From positions 76,493 through 140,492 of the forward strand of contig NIVC01001950.1 in assembly GCA_002269645.1 (NCBI GenBank): a DNA stretch of 64,000 nucleotides, written 5' to 3'. The notes beneath the pieces are model-generated. The model saw nothing but the letters and a program-made list of their open reading frames with translations. It did not search any database and was not told the origin of the DNA. Of the stretch, positions 46,511 through 58,752 are shown one piece after another. This stretch comes from Macrostomum lignano (lineage: Eukaryota). How positions within the stretch are numbered: the first letter of the stretch is position 1; every line of letters begins with the position of its first letter. Both the position numbers and the translations under genes were made by a program.

Positions 46511-47165
46511 GGAAGCCGGGTAACACATTAGAATTCCCATAAGGATTGGAAAATCGCGTTTTTCTCAGCTTCTACAATACCTATCAAGAAAATTCTTTTT
46601 TTCCTGCATACACGCCGCGATGATACACATTTAAGTGAAGTTTCACGATACCTGGTTGCTTAATAAGCTTACAGTAAGCGCTTACTTTGGAAGCCGGGTA
46701 ACACATTAGAATTCCCATAAGGATTGGAAAATCGCGTTTTTCTCAGCTTCTACAATACCTATCAAGAAAATTCTTTTTTTCCTGCATACACGCCGCGATG
46801 ATACACATTTAAGTGAAGTTTCACGATACCTGGTTGCTTAATAAGCTTACAGTAAGCGCTTACTTTGGAAGCCGGGTAACACATTAGAATTCCCATAAGG
46901 ATTGGAAAATCGCGTTTTTCTCAGCTTCTACAATACCTATTGAGAAAATTCTTTTTTTCCTGCATACACGCCGCGATGATACACATTTAAGTGAAGTTTC
47001 ACGATACCTGGTTGCTTAATAAGCTTACAGTAAGCGCTTACTTTGGAAGCCGGGTAACACATTAGAATTCCCATAAGGATTGGAAAATCGCGTTTTTCTC
47101 AGCTTCTACAATACCTATTGAGAAAATTCTTTTTTTCCTGCATACACGCCGCGATGATGCATATT
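46511..47165. repeat. 178-bp tandem array (~3.7 copies) inside the Sola-like element
   Basis: Units start at 46511, 46689, 46867, 47045; near-identical. Confidence 0.92.
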
Positions 47166-50100
47166 TAAGTGTAAGTTTATGATATTTCATTGCTTACTTC
47201 GTCTACAGGATGCATTTGATTTGATTTCCGGATTTAAATTTTGTGGTCCAAAATTTTTCACTGAAATTTTTAAAGCCTGAATATGGCCTATTATGAACAA
47301 TACCATGATACAAGTCAATACTTAAATCAAAGAAGACATCTTAAAGATTATTTTGCAACAAGAAATAAGTGGTATACTTACTTCGGGAGAAAAAGGTTTG
47401 CTGGCAAAGTTTGCGCTTTGAGTTAGTATCGAGTTTTTGAGAGTTTAGGTGGTTTTAGAAAAAGTTCAAAATCTTTTGAACTGCTTGTTCTTTTTAAAAA
47501 AATAAAAAGTAAAACACAGAATTCTTTCTCCTTTGTAAGCAAAAGAAAAAATTAGCCCTTTTTGAGACTAAAAAGTCTTATAATTAATTGTTTATTTGCA
47601 AAAAAAGTGAAAAAAAATAATCGCGAAGGTGTCAATACGCACTTTAAAAAATGTTTTTTTAGTGGTTTTGCTCGTTTATTCAGCAATGCAGTGGTATAAA
47701 AATGAAAGTTTGTGTCCTGAACTTTTTTTTAAAGACTTACCTGTCCTTTAAAATGCTTTTTCGGATACATTACCTTCCATTCATAGTCCGCAGATTTGTT
47801 TTACCGCTTTATCCCACGTTTTTGGATTTCGCCTATGGCTTTGGAGTAGTGAACAAATATTAGTTAATGAAGTTTATTAAAGTTTATTAAGCAGGCTGAA
47901 TATTAAAGATAAATATGACTCGACACTACTTAGATAAGACGGAGAAGGCAACTAAATGAAACAAACTAAAACAACTAGATAACTAACAATAGAGACAACC
48001 AGAAAACTCAAGTAGCAAGTTAAACACATGAAACGGGTATAATCAAATCCCGCAACGGGAGTGATGTCATTCCAAAATTTGGGAAACACAGCATACACCA
48101 TGCTCATGCAAAAATATTCCAAATGTCAAGTTCAAGTTTATACGTGGCAACTCACCTGCTACATTAGTAGCATATTCAAGAAAGGCTAAATTTATAGAAC
48201 TTAATTGTAATCCCAATGCTAATACCATCAATTTTAAATAGTCTTAACTTATATAAAGTTATTTCTTAATGTGTGCGCAAATATATTGTTACTTATTACT
48301 AACAAGCCATAGTTAGGAAAGTGGAAGTGGCATATGTACACGCTGGAATTAAATTCGGAAAAGGCCATATTACGGAAAGTTTTCTATGTATGCCGGACAC
48401 ATTTTCATTGAATTTTTAGTTGTACGCCAACAAATAGGCATAATTTTAAATGTATGCAAGCTTTCTTAATCCATAGTCCGGATCATGGCAGGGAGTATGC
48501 CAAACTAAAACTTGATAGATCCACAGTTTGTACGCCAATGTACGCCAAATTTTTTGCCTTCCCTAACTGTATGCCACTTACAGGTACAAATTTCCTACTT
48601 CAAAACTATTCAATAAAAAGTTGAATAGTTTCCAACTCCAAGATACCAATAGTACACTATATACTATAATTATTATATTATATTATATTATATTTTATTA
48701 CTATATTATTCTATAGAACAATAGATAGGAATATATTTTGTTAAAGTGAATGCATTTCTAACATAAATTCCATTTTTAAATTATTGTGCAAATTCCTAAA
48801 AAATACCAATGTTTATGTACATTACATTGCAATTGCAACAGCAACACCATATTGCGTATGGTTCTTCTTGTATGCTAGAAGCATTTTCTGGAAATTTCGA
48901 AGTGTACGCCAGCCTACCAACGAAGTGTATGTCAGCCTACCAACTGTGCGCCAACACCAGGCTAATGTGCTACCGCTTTTGTCAAGCTAATTTAAGTGAA
49001 TTTTTATACAGAACCTATTTTATTCACTATGTTCCTACTGGTATGTACGCTGGCTTTGCTCAACAAAGCCGCACAGGCATATGAAAACAATGGAATCCAG
49101 TTAAAGTAGTCATGCACATGATCGGCCAGGTCCTTCAGTTGCCGCCAATGAAACAGCAGCTTGACAGCTGGTCCAGTCACTTGTTGACAACCTTGCTAGT
49201 TGAATACTTTTTGTCCTTGAAGCATCCTCAAAGAATAGGTGGAAGTGGAGCCGAATTCCGCGTGTAGTGTCCCCCTTATAATAAAGCTTCGCTGCAATAT
49301 CGAGGAACCGCTCGAGAGCATTGCTGCCAACTGGGGGCAGCATCCAACTGGGTTCGCAGCTTGGCCCAAAGCTGCAACGTGCTAAATGACTGAGGCCCCT
49401 GCTGCTGCTGCGACCGCATGGTTGCATAGAATGACTCTACAATGGCCTCTATAAATTTGGGGATGCAAAAGTACTTGGATATGAATGCCTACTTCAAATG
49501 TACGTACAAGATGCTGTACTGAACTAGATACTGTACCAGATACAAGTACCATGTTACTGGGTGTAACCTTTGAGCTAAAACTGCATGCATGCATAAATAT
49601 AATGCACATACTCATTAAGTTACTGGTACAATGTGTTAGACTTAGCTATAATTGGCTTATACTTTGTAAATAATTTGTTACCCTGAACAGTTTAATATAC
49701 AAGGTAAATTGGATTACCAGTCCCATCGCGGTTGAGCGCAAAATCCAACAGATCGCAGGTTTGCTGTCCAGCCCGCTAAAAGATGCTCGAAGTCGAGTAA
49801 AATGCGCGGTAGAATGCAGCTTTGTCCATGGTACACTCCACCTGACCAGTGGCAGTTGCACAGGTTAGCCGAAGAGATATGTCGGCGGGACCGCGTGGTG
49901 GAGCCAGAGAAATTTCGTCAATAGGCCCTTCAATGACGGGGTTCAACCAGCCATCTCGACCTTCGCCAGACAAAATTACATGCTGGATTGTGTCCATATA
50001 GGAAGCAACATACTTCCGGCTGACACGTGGGTCAAGGTCAGCAAGATGCGGAAACTTTGCCGCTGCTTTGACGCAGCGGGGCCTGACTGGTCAGGCCTGA

Positions 50101-50362
50101 CTGGCCTGACTGGTCAGACTGGTCAGGGCTCTATCAGCTTTATGTACATAACACTGGCCTGTTCACACGCTCCTTCGAATAAACTTTTTCTTGACCACAT
50201 CATGGAGCTGAGATCCGCAGCTTTCATTTGAATCAAGTTACAATTGAAACGGACTGAAATTATGTCCACTAGAAGACATCGTAGCAAGGGTTCCGGAAGT
50301 TTTGACGGACAGCATAGATAAGCGTAGTATAGTATAAGCATTCACATTGCAGCTTTACAAGA

Positions 50363-52390
50363 TTACATTTTTGATAGTACAGTTTCTAGGCGGTAGTCAA
50401 GTCCCAATTTGCTGGCCTCTGCCATGCGTTGATAAGCTTGGTAGAGCTGTTTAGAAGCATTTTTTGGAGCCGCCTCTGTTCCGCTGGCGAACTGCCACTG
50501 GTGTAGCCACGCGCTAGAAGGAGGCTCATCGAAAAATTGCACGTGAATTTTCTTCGAGCAGAAGCCCTTGGTGCAGTTTGTTCCGCGCCGGGGTAGGCAA
50601 ACCATCGCCGGCCACCAGTTTTCTCCATCTGTTGGCCAGTAACCTAGTACAAGCGATCCAGGTTGAATTTTCTGACGCTTGGCTGCACTATCGGCTGGAG
50701 CTCGAGCTGGCGGTCGCTTTCTAGCTAGGCGATATAATACTCATAATGATGTAAACTACATTCGTACATTGGTGCAAGGGTTCAAATGCGCAGCTTTAAT
50801 GACTGAACCTATGTTATATGCAGCTATTCGGTGTATTGAATTTAGTTTTTATTCAGGATTATTTAGTTGCTAAGGCATCCAATTTTACGCTTAAAATGTC
50901 ATTTTTGTCGTTTCAGAAGTCTTCTGTGACAATTATTTAGCAAATTTAGCAATTTTACCTGGTAAAATTGGCGCTGCACACCTTCGGTATGATTCTGGTG
51001 GTCAGCCATGAGCCGCTGTTCCTCCGCAGAGCAGTTTGACAGGCCCATGACTTCCAACCATTGCCGAAACTTTGAAACGGTAACGTTCCTGAGCAGAGTA
51101 GAATATCTTTCTCGATATTGATAGAAGTCTATCAAAATACCTGTAAGGAAACACGAGCGCCAGGTCATCGTCCTTTGGACGCTCAGCGAAGCGCTGGGCC
51201 AGCAGTTGCATGAGCAGGTCGCAGCAGGGTCGACGCTAGCCCAGGCCGACCCATGCTTGGCGTTGGACTTGTGACTTTGCACCTTTAACGGCTCGTTAGG
51301 TGCTTTGAGCCAGCGCCGGGCCTCAGAGATGAGGCAGGTCGAGGCTACGCCTTGGCGGTTGGCATTTCCATCACCAAAACAGATAACCATGCCAACGGCA
51401 AGGTATGTCACCGTCCTGTGCGGATGGAATTAGAGGTATTTATTTATTTAGAGGTAATTTTCTGAGCTGTCTCAGATTTCTGTAATTTCTGAGCTAATAA
51501 AATTTGCAATGCCATTCTGAATACCAGCGCCATATTTATCCTTGTGCCATTTTTAATGCCAGTGCCATTTTGACTCCCAGTGCCATATTGAATGCCAGTG
51601 CCATTTTGAATCCCAGTGCCATATTTATCCTAGTGCCATTTTAAATGCCAGCGCCATATTTATCCTAGTGCCATTTTGAATGCCAGCGCCATATTTATCC
51701 TAGTGCCATTTTGAATCCCAGTGCCATATTGAATGCCAGTGTCATTTTGAATCCCAGTGCCATATTGAATGCCAGTGTCATTTTGAATGCTAGGATATTT
51801 ATCCTAGTGCCATTTTGAATGCCAGCGCCATACTTATCCTAGTGCCATTTTGAATGCCAGTGTCATATTAAGCGCGATAAAACTTTTATAACTCGACATA
51901 AAAAGCATTGGGAAAAATTTAACTTACCTGTTCTTGGTTGATCTCCCTTCTGCCAGCACAGCGTCTTTTATCTGAAAGACTGCTGTAATCTGCTCGCCCT
52001 TGAGCAGCTCTTCCTCTCGGCGGTCAACAAGCTTCACGTAATATTCGGCCTTCGGCCCCATTGAACTTGCAGTCCAATTTTTTTGTGGACTGCCTGTTAG
52101 AGGTCAGCTGTTGGTGCATCCCACCGTCTACGATCTGCTGGAAACGGCGGGTAATTAAAAAATTACCGACTTTTTCAAGCGCAAACACGGTTTGTTTTAG
52201 AATCGAGTAGGACAAACTGTCCAAGTACTCGCTGATTTTATCGCGCAGATCTTCGCTTATCAGCTGATTGAAGCTCGTGATGTCTAGACGCTGCATTAGG
52301 CGTTTTAAGTAGCAGCGTGATAAACAAAAAAATCGTTGGGTACGCATGGAAATTTTGCCTTCGTCGCGGGTCTTGGTAGGCGGTATTTTT
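50363..52390 (-). pseudogene. Decayed spliced tyrosine-recombinase gene with downstream PWWP domain
   Basis: YR-like motifs NANRQG, VQSHKS..GSA, TVSKFRQ, MADHQNHTEGVQRQFY at 50960-51416 (two frameshifts); PWWP PGSLVLGY..WWPAMV..IHVQFFDEPPSSAWL at 50363-50690; upstream exon 51929-52390. Confidence 0.65.
51530..51870. repeat. Degenerate ~19-20-bp minisatellite in the YR intron
   Basis: GTGCCATTTTGAATGCCA variants. Confidence 0.8.
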
Positions 52391-52414
52391 TCTACTTTAG
52401 AGAATCTTTTGAAT

Positions 52415-52807
52415 TTATGCAGGTGTACTACAGTAGGTCGTTATTATAGCTGTTGCTAGTTCCTTGGCCGTCATACTGTCCATGATCTCCTTTGTAAGTT
52501 GGATCTTTGGTAATGTTGTTCCGGCGTAAATTTCCTTAGATATTGGCGCTGCACAAGTTATGCAATGCTTATAGTCGCGGCACCGAATTTTTAGGGCACA
52601 ATCTCGGCAGACCCAGTGCCCGTTGGCGCACATCCGTTGTTGCGGTGTTGTATTGCATACCTGGCACAGGGTAGGTGGTGCGCGGCATAGCGGGCATTTG
52701 TCTATTCTATCCGTTGTGCAGCAGTTATAGCAGAACTTATGCCCATGCTGACAGTAGACATACTGTTCAGCGTCTTCATAACAAACAATGCACTCGTCGC
52801 TATCCAT
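52415..52807 (-). CDS. Double RING-finger (C3HC4) protein, 130 aa
   Basis: CIVC..CQHGHKFCYNC..CPLC and CQVC..CANGHWVCRDC..CITC. Confidence 0.75.
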   Translation of the reverse strand: MDSDECIVCYEDAEQYVYCQHGHKFCYNCCTTDRIDKCPLCRAPPTLCQVCNTTPQQRMCANGHWVCRDCALKIRCRDYKHCITCAAPISKEIYAGTTLPKIQLTKEIMDSMTAKELATAIITTYCSTPA

Positions 52808-52880
52808 GTCTGAAAAATGGTCAATGTGATAAGTAATATCTGTGCAAGAATGGTTGCAATATCTGTGGGTGCATGGTATT

Positions 52881-53531
52881 TTAATCAATTTCTAAAGCGG
52901 AACTATTATAGTCATATGATTCTTGGGGTGGTAATATATAAGACAAGTCCTCATTATGCAGAATGAGTGCAGGTAGAGTTGTACAGAGGATGAGGCATGG
53001 GTGAAAATTCATATCGTTAACAATTTTAAACAGCTTATGTTCAATTTCTTGTGGAGATAATTGCCGGAGTCTAGAACCGTAGGAAGAGGAATAGCGAACG
53101 AGGTATTTACGTGTTTTATGAGCAACACGTGGTATGGGCCATGATCTGAGGCGGATAATTTTAGCATGTGTTGAAAAAAGAGCATAAGTGAACGGGTGAA
53201 GCTGTAGGTTATAGTCTGCTTGAATGCATGCAAGTGTGTTGTTAACTTTAGGTAAATGGGTGGCATCGCATATAGGACACTGACAAATGGAGCGATAAGC
53301 AAGCTTCTTAATACATTGTGTGCACATAAAATGTTGATTTAAGCAATATTGTTCAGTGCGCCAGGAGTTGCATATCATGCATTGACGGAGATTACCTCGA
53401 CACATATGGCAATTTTTTAAAGGTTTTTTGTAATGTGCAAGGCTTAAGCAAGAACCACACACCTGGTGTCTATTGACACATATACAAGGTAGTTTACATT
53501 AAAATTCTCCGAGACAGATAGGACAATCCAT
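52881..53531 (-). pseudogene. Paralogous double RING-finger ORF with one in-frame TAA at codon 11
   Basis: MDCPICLGEF*..CVNRHQVCGSC..CHMC and CMIC..CLNQHFMCTQC..CPIC. Confidence 0.7.
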
Positions 53532-53662
53532 TGTCGTGTTTGTCGAAGTTGTGTGAGTGTTTGTAGGAAAACAAGGATTTAGTCGCCTCTTACGACAAGC
53601 TTGAGGAAGCTGTAGTGCTATTCTTTATCCCGGTCACTACACGGGGACATGAAGCGAATAAT

Positions 53663-54725
53663 TTAACGAGATCTTAGGTTGTACGTATGACCGGCAGGTG
53701 GTGCGTTTGTTGTTTGTGTTTCGGCGTGTGCAGTGGCAATGCGTTTATTTGTTGTTTTTGTGTGGTCTGGATTTTGTAGGTCTGGGAGGAATGTAGTGTC
53801 GTTAGTGATACGTTTTAGACGTTGAATGTGAACATAGAACTGAGTTTGATGTGGATCCTGGATATTAGCGAGGCGTGCCGTTGTTGCCGATACCAATGCC
53901 GTTACTCGGAATGGTCCTTTGTATTTAAGTGCGTGTTTATGCGTATGTTGCGCAGGGTAATGTAGGTAAACGATGTCTCCGACTTGTAGAGTAGATGTAT
54001 GATTGCTGGTGGTGACTACTGCCTGTTGATTTTCTAAATTGTGTTTCGCGATTTGCCATGCCAGGTGTGGCTGCGAAGTAAACTTTTGTAGTGTTGTTGG
54101 CGTTTCCACGTACTGAGAAGGTAATAGTTTTTGAACTAGTAGGCTTGGTGGCTGAAAGTCTCGAGAGAACATAAGCAAAAACGGTGTGTTCTCTGTTGAA
54201 CGGTGTACGGCACTGTTGTAGGCCATTGTCACTGACTGCAGGTATATGATCCAATCTTCAGGTTGCTTATAGACGAAATGTGTCAACATTTCGTGTAGAT
54301 TTCTATGGAATCGTTCTACGAGGTTAGCTTTTGGATTGTAGGTGGAGGTGAAAATTTGTTGGATATTTAGTAGTTTAGCAGCCTGTTGGAATAGTTGCGA
54401 CGTAAATTGTGTACCATTGTCGGAGGTTAGTGTCTTTGGAGTTCCGTATTTGCAGATAATTTCATTGTAGAAGGCCATTGCAACTGTAGTGGCTGTAATG
54501 TCAGGCAGTGGAATGGCAACAGAAAATTTAGAGAACACGTCTAATGCGGTAAGAATGTAAGTGTAATCGATAGCATGTTGTCGAGCTGGCGGTAGTGGTC
54601 CAGTAATATCAAGTGATACAATGTCTCATGTGGTTGTCTTTGGTACGGATTGAAGTTCTGGTTTTTGTCTTCCAGTCTTTGTTGAAGCACATGAGTGGCA
54701 TTGTAGGCAGTACTTGCGCAACACT
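53663..54725 (-). mobile_element. Ty3/gypsy integrase fragment (5' truncated; one TGA)
   Basis: YCLQCHSC, SLDITGPLP, TSDNGTQF, ANLVERFH, KYKGPFRV, HIQRLK, HTYNLRSR*. Confidence 0.88.
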
Positions 54726-55352
54726 GCATTGGAATCGCAGGAGGCGGTGGTGGTGGCGGCGGCGGCGGCATCATCTTGGCTGCACCATTATCCACAGCGG
54801 CTAGACGAGACGATTGGCGCACATTTACCGACTGGTAATGCTAAGCTTGCCGATTGAAATGTAATCGAGCTGTCGCTCGCGGTTCCACACCAACTGGGCC
54901 TAAGTAAATTCCTTCGAGATTCGAACCAGCGTCCATGTCCTGGTACACAGATCTCAATGCCAAGCAGTCTAGCTGCTGCTGAAGTTACGTGGTCAGAAAT
55001 ATATTCGCCTTTTCGTTTGGTCTTTTCAGCAAATCGCACCACTCTGCTTCGGAAATGCCAGTGTCGTTCTCTGCGCTGTCGATCCAATTCTCCAGCTCAA
55101 CTGCCAGCGTTTGTCGAAGATTATCTGCGTTCATTTCCAAAGCTGTGCCTTGCAATTGATCCTAGCCGAAAAGAAGCAGTTTCCATCACATGAGATGCGC
55201 TTCAACCAGCAGACCGACAAAGGCACCCATTGTGGGGCACGGCCAACTTGTAGCGTCGCCAGACTCCCTCTGTCCTCTGCGTCATCTTCCAGAGTCGCGA
55301 CACCTTTGAAGTTAAAAGACGTGCACTTTTTTAATTTTCCAAAAAAACCCAC
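54726..55352 (-). pseudogene. Degenerate OTU deubiquitinase-like domain followed by poly-Pro
   Basis: SCDGNCFFSA (55190-55160), DQLQG..LRQTL, AAARLL, HYQSV (54840-54826) across several frameshifts. Confidence 0.55.
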
Positions 55353-56729
55353 ACAATCAGCAAAAAGTCCTCTAACGAGATTGGTTCAAAAATGACGCCG
55401 TAAATGTTGATGAAAAAATATTCCTTAAAACGTCAGTCAAACCAAATAAAGGACAACAATGCTACATTGACAAAATAGTATCACTATAGTATCACTTGTA
55501 GATTCTATATCAGCATTCTTTAAATTTTAAAATCTTGATTAAAAAAACTATGCCACCAATAAAAGACAATAAACTAAGGCAGGGCTTACCGTCAGTGTGG
55601 CAAAAACCTGCTTCTCCGAGTGCAGCAGCAGCTTCGTCCAATTCAGCTTGTTGTCTTGTTAATTCATCTGTAGTAGACACAAAAACAGGAATTGGGCAGT
55701 CTGAAGCACATTAGGGCGATTATACGAAGTTATTAGCTTATGTCTCAAGCATATAGTTTGCAATAGCATTCTAAACTTTATCATCCATGTTTTATGAAAT
55801 CTGAATCTACCTATTCAAGTTCCATAAAAACCTATTTCTCTGTGAAAATTGGCAATGGCAAGGAGTAACACACCACAAGTTTCGTCACACAATCCACACT
55901 CCTGCAGGGCAGCAGCAGCATTGCGCAATTCATAGTCTACAGTCGCATCTTCTTTAACAACATTATCACAACCACCAGAAGCAGCAGCAGCAACCACGAA
56001 ATTCTTTACTTCCGACGTAACAGTAGTGACAGTAGGAGTGTTTGTTTCGGCATCGGAAGCAGCAATGGCAGGCTTCTTTTTAGACTCGAATGGACGCCCG
56101 AAGGTAACGTGCTTAGCCTTCTTCCAGGTCTTTTCGGCGCCATACTCCTTAATAATTGTTGAAAGTGTTAAAGTTAAAAATTACTAATTCATTTTTATTA
56201 ACTACATTTTCCTCTTGAATGTAAAAACCTAAATTTTGAATCTAATTTGCATTTTTCATTGCATAAAAATCCCTGAAAATTTCAAAATTCCAAAAATTTT
56301 GCAACAAAAATATTTAATTCTAACAGTAATATAATTTAATATGTTAATTACAATAGCTCTTACAGCTACTTACATACTCCTAGTGCATATAGTCACAGAC
56401 AAAGTTTCATAGCTTGTGTATTTAGAAAATATATATTATAAATTATTAAAGCTATAAAAATGTAGACATTGTCTTTTCAGTTCAAATTAAATGGAAAGCA
56501 AACTATTTGTTATTTTTGACAACAAACAACTATCAAGTGGAAGTAGCCTACAGCAGAAATTTCATGATGCCTACCACTGATTGCCTATTCAATTTGGAAC
56601 CAAATTATCACATTAGACATAATTGTAGGCATATGTATAGACATAAGCAGTACATATGCACATATTGCTTGGAGATGTGGAGGTCAGAACACCTGCTTTT
56701 GGTGTTCTTTTGAGTCGAAAAAACGAAGT

Positions 56730-56753
56730 TTTTGGTTGCCATGGCAACCAAAA
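56730..56753. promoter_or_regulatory. Perfect 24-bp palindrome containing a canonical X-box
   Basis: TTTTGGTTGCCATGGCAACCAAAA. Confidence 0.4.
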
Positions 56754-57068
56754 CGCGTGGCCATTGCAACCAAACACCGCGCATCCGATAGCCCTAGGTC
56801 TTTGACGCATTTTGGCAAAAACCGTTGGTAAATCGGTCGTACCGTTTTTTTTTATTGGCAGCGTTTAAAAAACGAAAAACGTAATTTTTAGTGTGTCACA
56901 TCTGTTGTACATCTTATCAGGGACGATTTCGCAAGTGTAAGTACCATAGAAAAAATACTCGCTTCGCTCGCATTTTTCCTATGCCACTTACCGGCTCCAT
57001 TGTCCCACTAGCACCATGTTATTACTTACTTCAGGTGTTATATTTTAATTAGTAACATTCAGACGTGT

Positions 57069-57800
57069 TTAATTATTAAAACCGTGGACATACAAAGTAA
57101 GAGAAAAATTATGCGAAAAAATATAGGTGCGATTGTGTGTGCTTGCTATTGTGGTTCCGTGATCTATAGTCGGAATCAGTCGATTAGCACGGCCGTTGAT
57201 GTCAGCAGAAAGGCTGGCAGGGATGAAGAGCGCAGTGTTGACGCCCATGTTGGTGCAACATGGCGGCTTAGGCCAAACCCGAGTGGTGATGTTTCGGTGT
57301 TGACTCTGCAAATAAGAGCACGAAGTTTCGGTAATTGGAGACATGTTTCGGATAATGATTAGACTTTACTTACGTCTGTGTGGCTTGGGAATAATCTGTA
57401 CTGCGGAGGACATTTGGGCGGTGTGACTCGTGTGAGTGGATGCGCTTGTAGCACCAGTGCAGCAGGGTGCAAACCAGGATCAGGCAGATAATTAGCAGCA
57501 CGAGCTTCAGGGCTACCAGTTGAGCGCTCGCCGAGTTGGTTAGTTGGTGGGCAATTTCGCCAATTGAGTTAAATGTTTGGGTATTGTATGCCTAGATGGC
57601 CATTTGGTTTCGTAGATCTTCTTGTGAGTGGTGAGCATTCTCTGACAGTTGCCTAACAACTGCTGTAAGTTTTTGGAGTGTCTCCGCATTTTTTTACCTC
57701 ATTGCCTTGTTTGTTAAATGTAGCAACTATTTTTTGCAGTCGGTTTGCCATTGGGAAGATTGTAGATGCGACACTCAGTGTAATAACAAAATATCCAATC
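57069..57800 (-). pseudogene. Possible env/glycoprotein-like remnant
   Basis: Broken frames give a hydrophobic stretch, a heptad-like segment (LQKLTAVVRQLSEN) and several N-x-S/T sites; weak. Confidence 0.25.
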
Positions 57801-57870
57801 CAAAATCCAACTTGAAACAGCTTTCACTTTTTAATGCCTGCGTCTAGGAAGTTTCTAGAAATTAAAGAAA

Positions 57871-58294
57871 TTAAAGAAATTTCAATGCAAATTCGCCTGT
57901 TACAAGGGTGATTTCATTGTCTAGTAAAATATTCTTAGGTTCGTTTGCAGTTTTATTGATGCATACATAAAACAACTGGTAGGTGGGATAAGACTTTATA
58001 GTCTAATAGTTTCCGATAGTTACTTTCACGACTTGAGGAATTGTCTGTGTTATCAGAAGATTTAAGCTCTAATGCAATCTTTCGCTCAACGTGAACCAGG
58101 TCAATATTTTTTACCTTTTCGAATCCAAAATATTTTTCTGCTAAAACTTCATATAATCTACCTAGTCTCATTTGAATAACTTTAATCTTGTGTGAAATTA
58201 TTAGCTCTTCTTGAAATAAATCGCAAAGAATTTGGTCATACCCCACCTTGTCGTCAATTGGTTTTAAGAGAATTTCTCGAATTTTTTGCTCCAT
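57871..58294 (-). pseudogene. PD-(D/E)xK type II restriction-endonuclease-like ORF (one frameshift near 57985)
   Basis: AAAAATG start; QMRLGRLYE..IDL..IALELKSSDNTDNSSSRESNYRKL; the shifted frame gives YPTYQLFYVCIN..ITLVTGEFALKFL. Confidence 0.6.
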
Positions 58295-58752
58295 TTTTAC
58301 TTTAAAAAAATTTAACAAGTGCTTATCGATCGCCCCGAAGGGACGCGAGCTCTGCTCGATGACTAGCAAGGACATTGACTTTCCTCACTCAGGCCACAAG
58401 GTAACCTGCAAAAGAATACCCTGGAATATGAAATTCTCCAGGATATTTTCCAGTAGAGTAGATGGGTGGCAGTTTTGTCATAGCTGACTGAATCTCTAAT
58501 GCAGAACCAAGAAATAGTGGTTTATTGAAGGCCATTTTATTGAGATTTTTTTATTTCTTTATTTTTACTTGTAAAGTGTTTGTATACATTCCATTGAATA
58601 CTTAATAGACTGAATTTTAAGACAAGTCGAGACAATAATCCAAAGCGACATGTTACACAAAACAGATCGCTGATAAAAGATCTTGGTATATTTTAAAAGA
58701 AACTTATAAGACGATGTATAACAATCCTTAGTCACAGTCACAATGACAATCC

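Larger units (their letters stand above)
40799..47833 (-). mobile_element. Sola-like (probably Sola2) DNA transposon, 7035 bp
   Basis: 22-bp TIR GGCGAAATCCAAAAACGTGGGA, 4-bp TSD TATG, internal spliced DDE transposase; boundaries are firm, superfamily name less so. Confidence 0.8.

Noticed and set aside
49776-49997. Ulp1-like protease suggested by GWLNPVI
   Set aside because: No downstream His/Asp/Cys catalytic motifs could be reconstructed.
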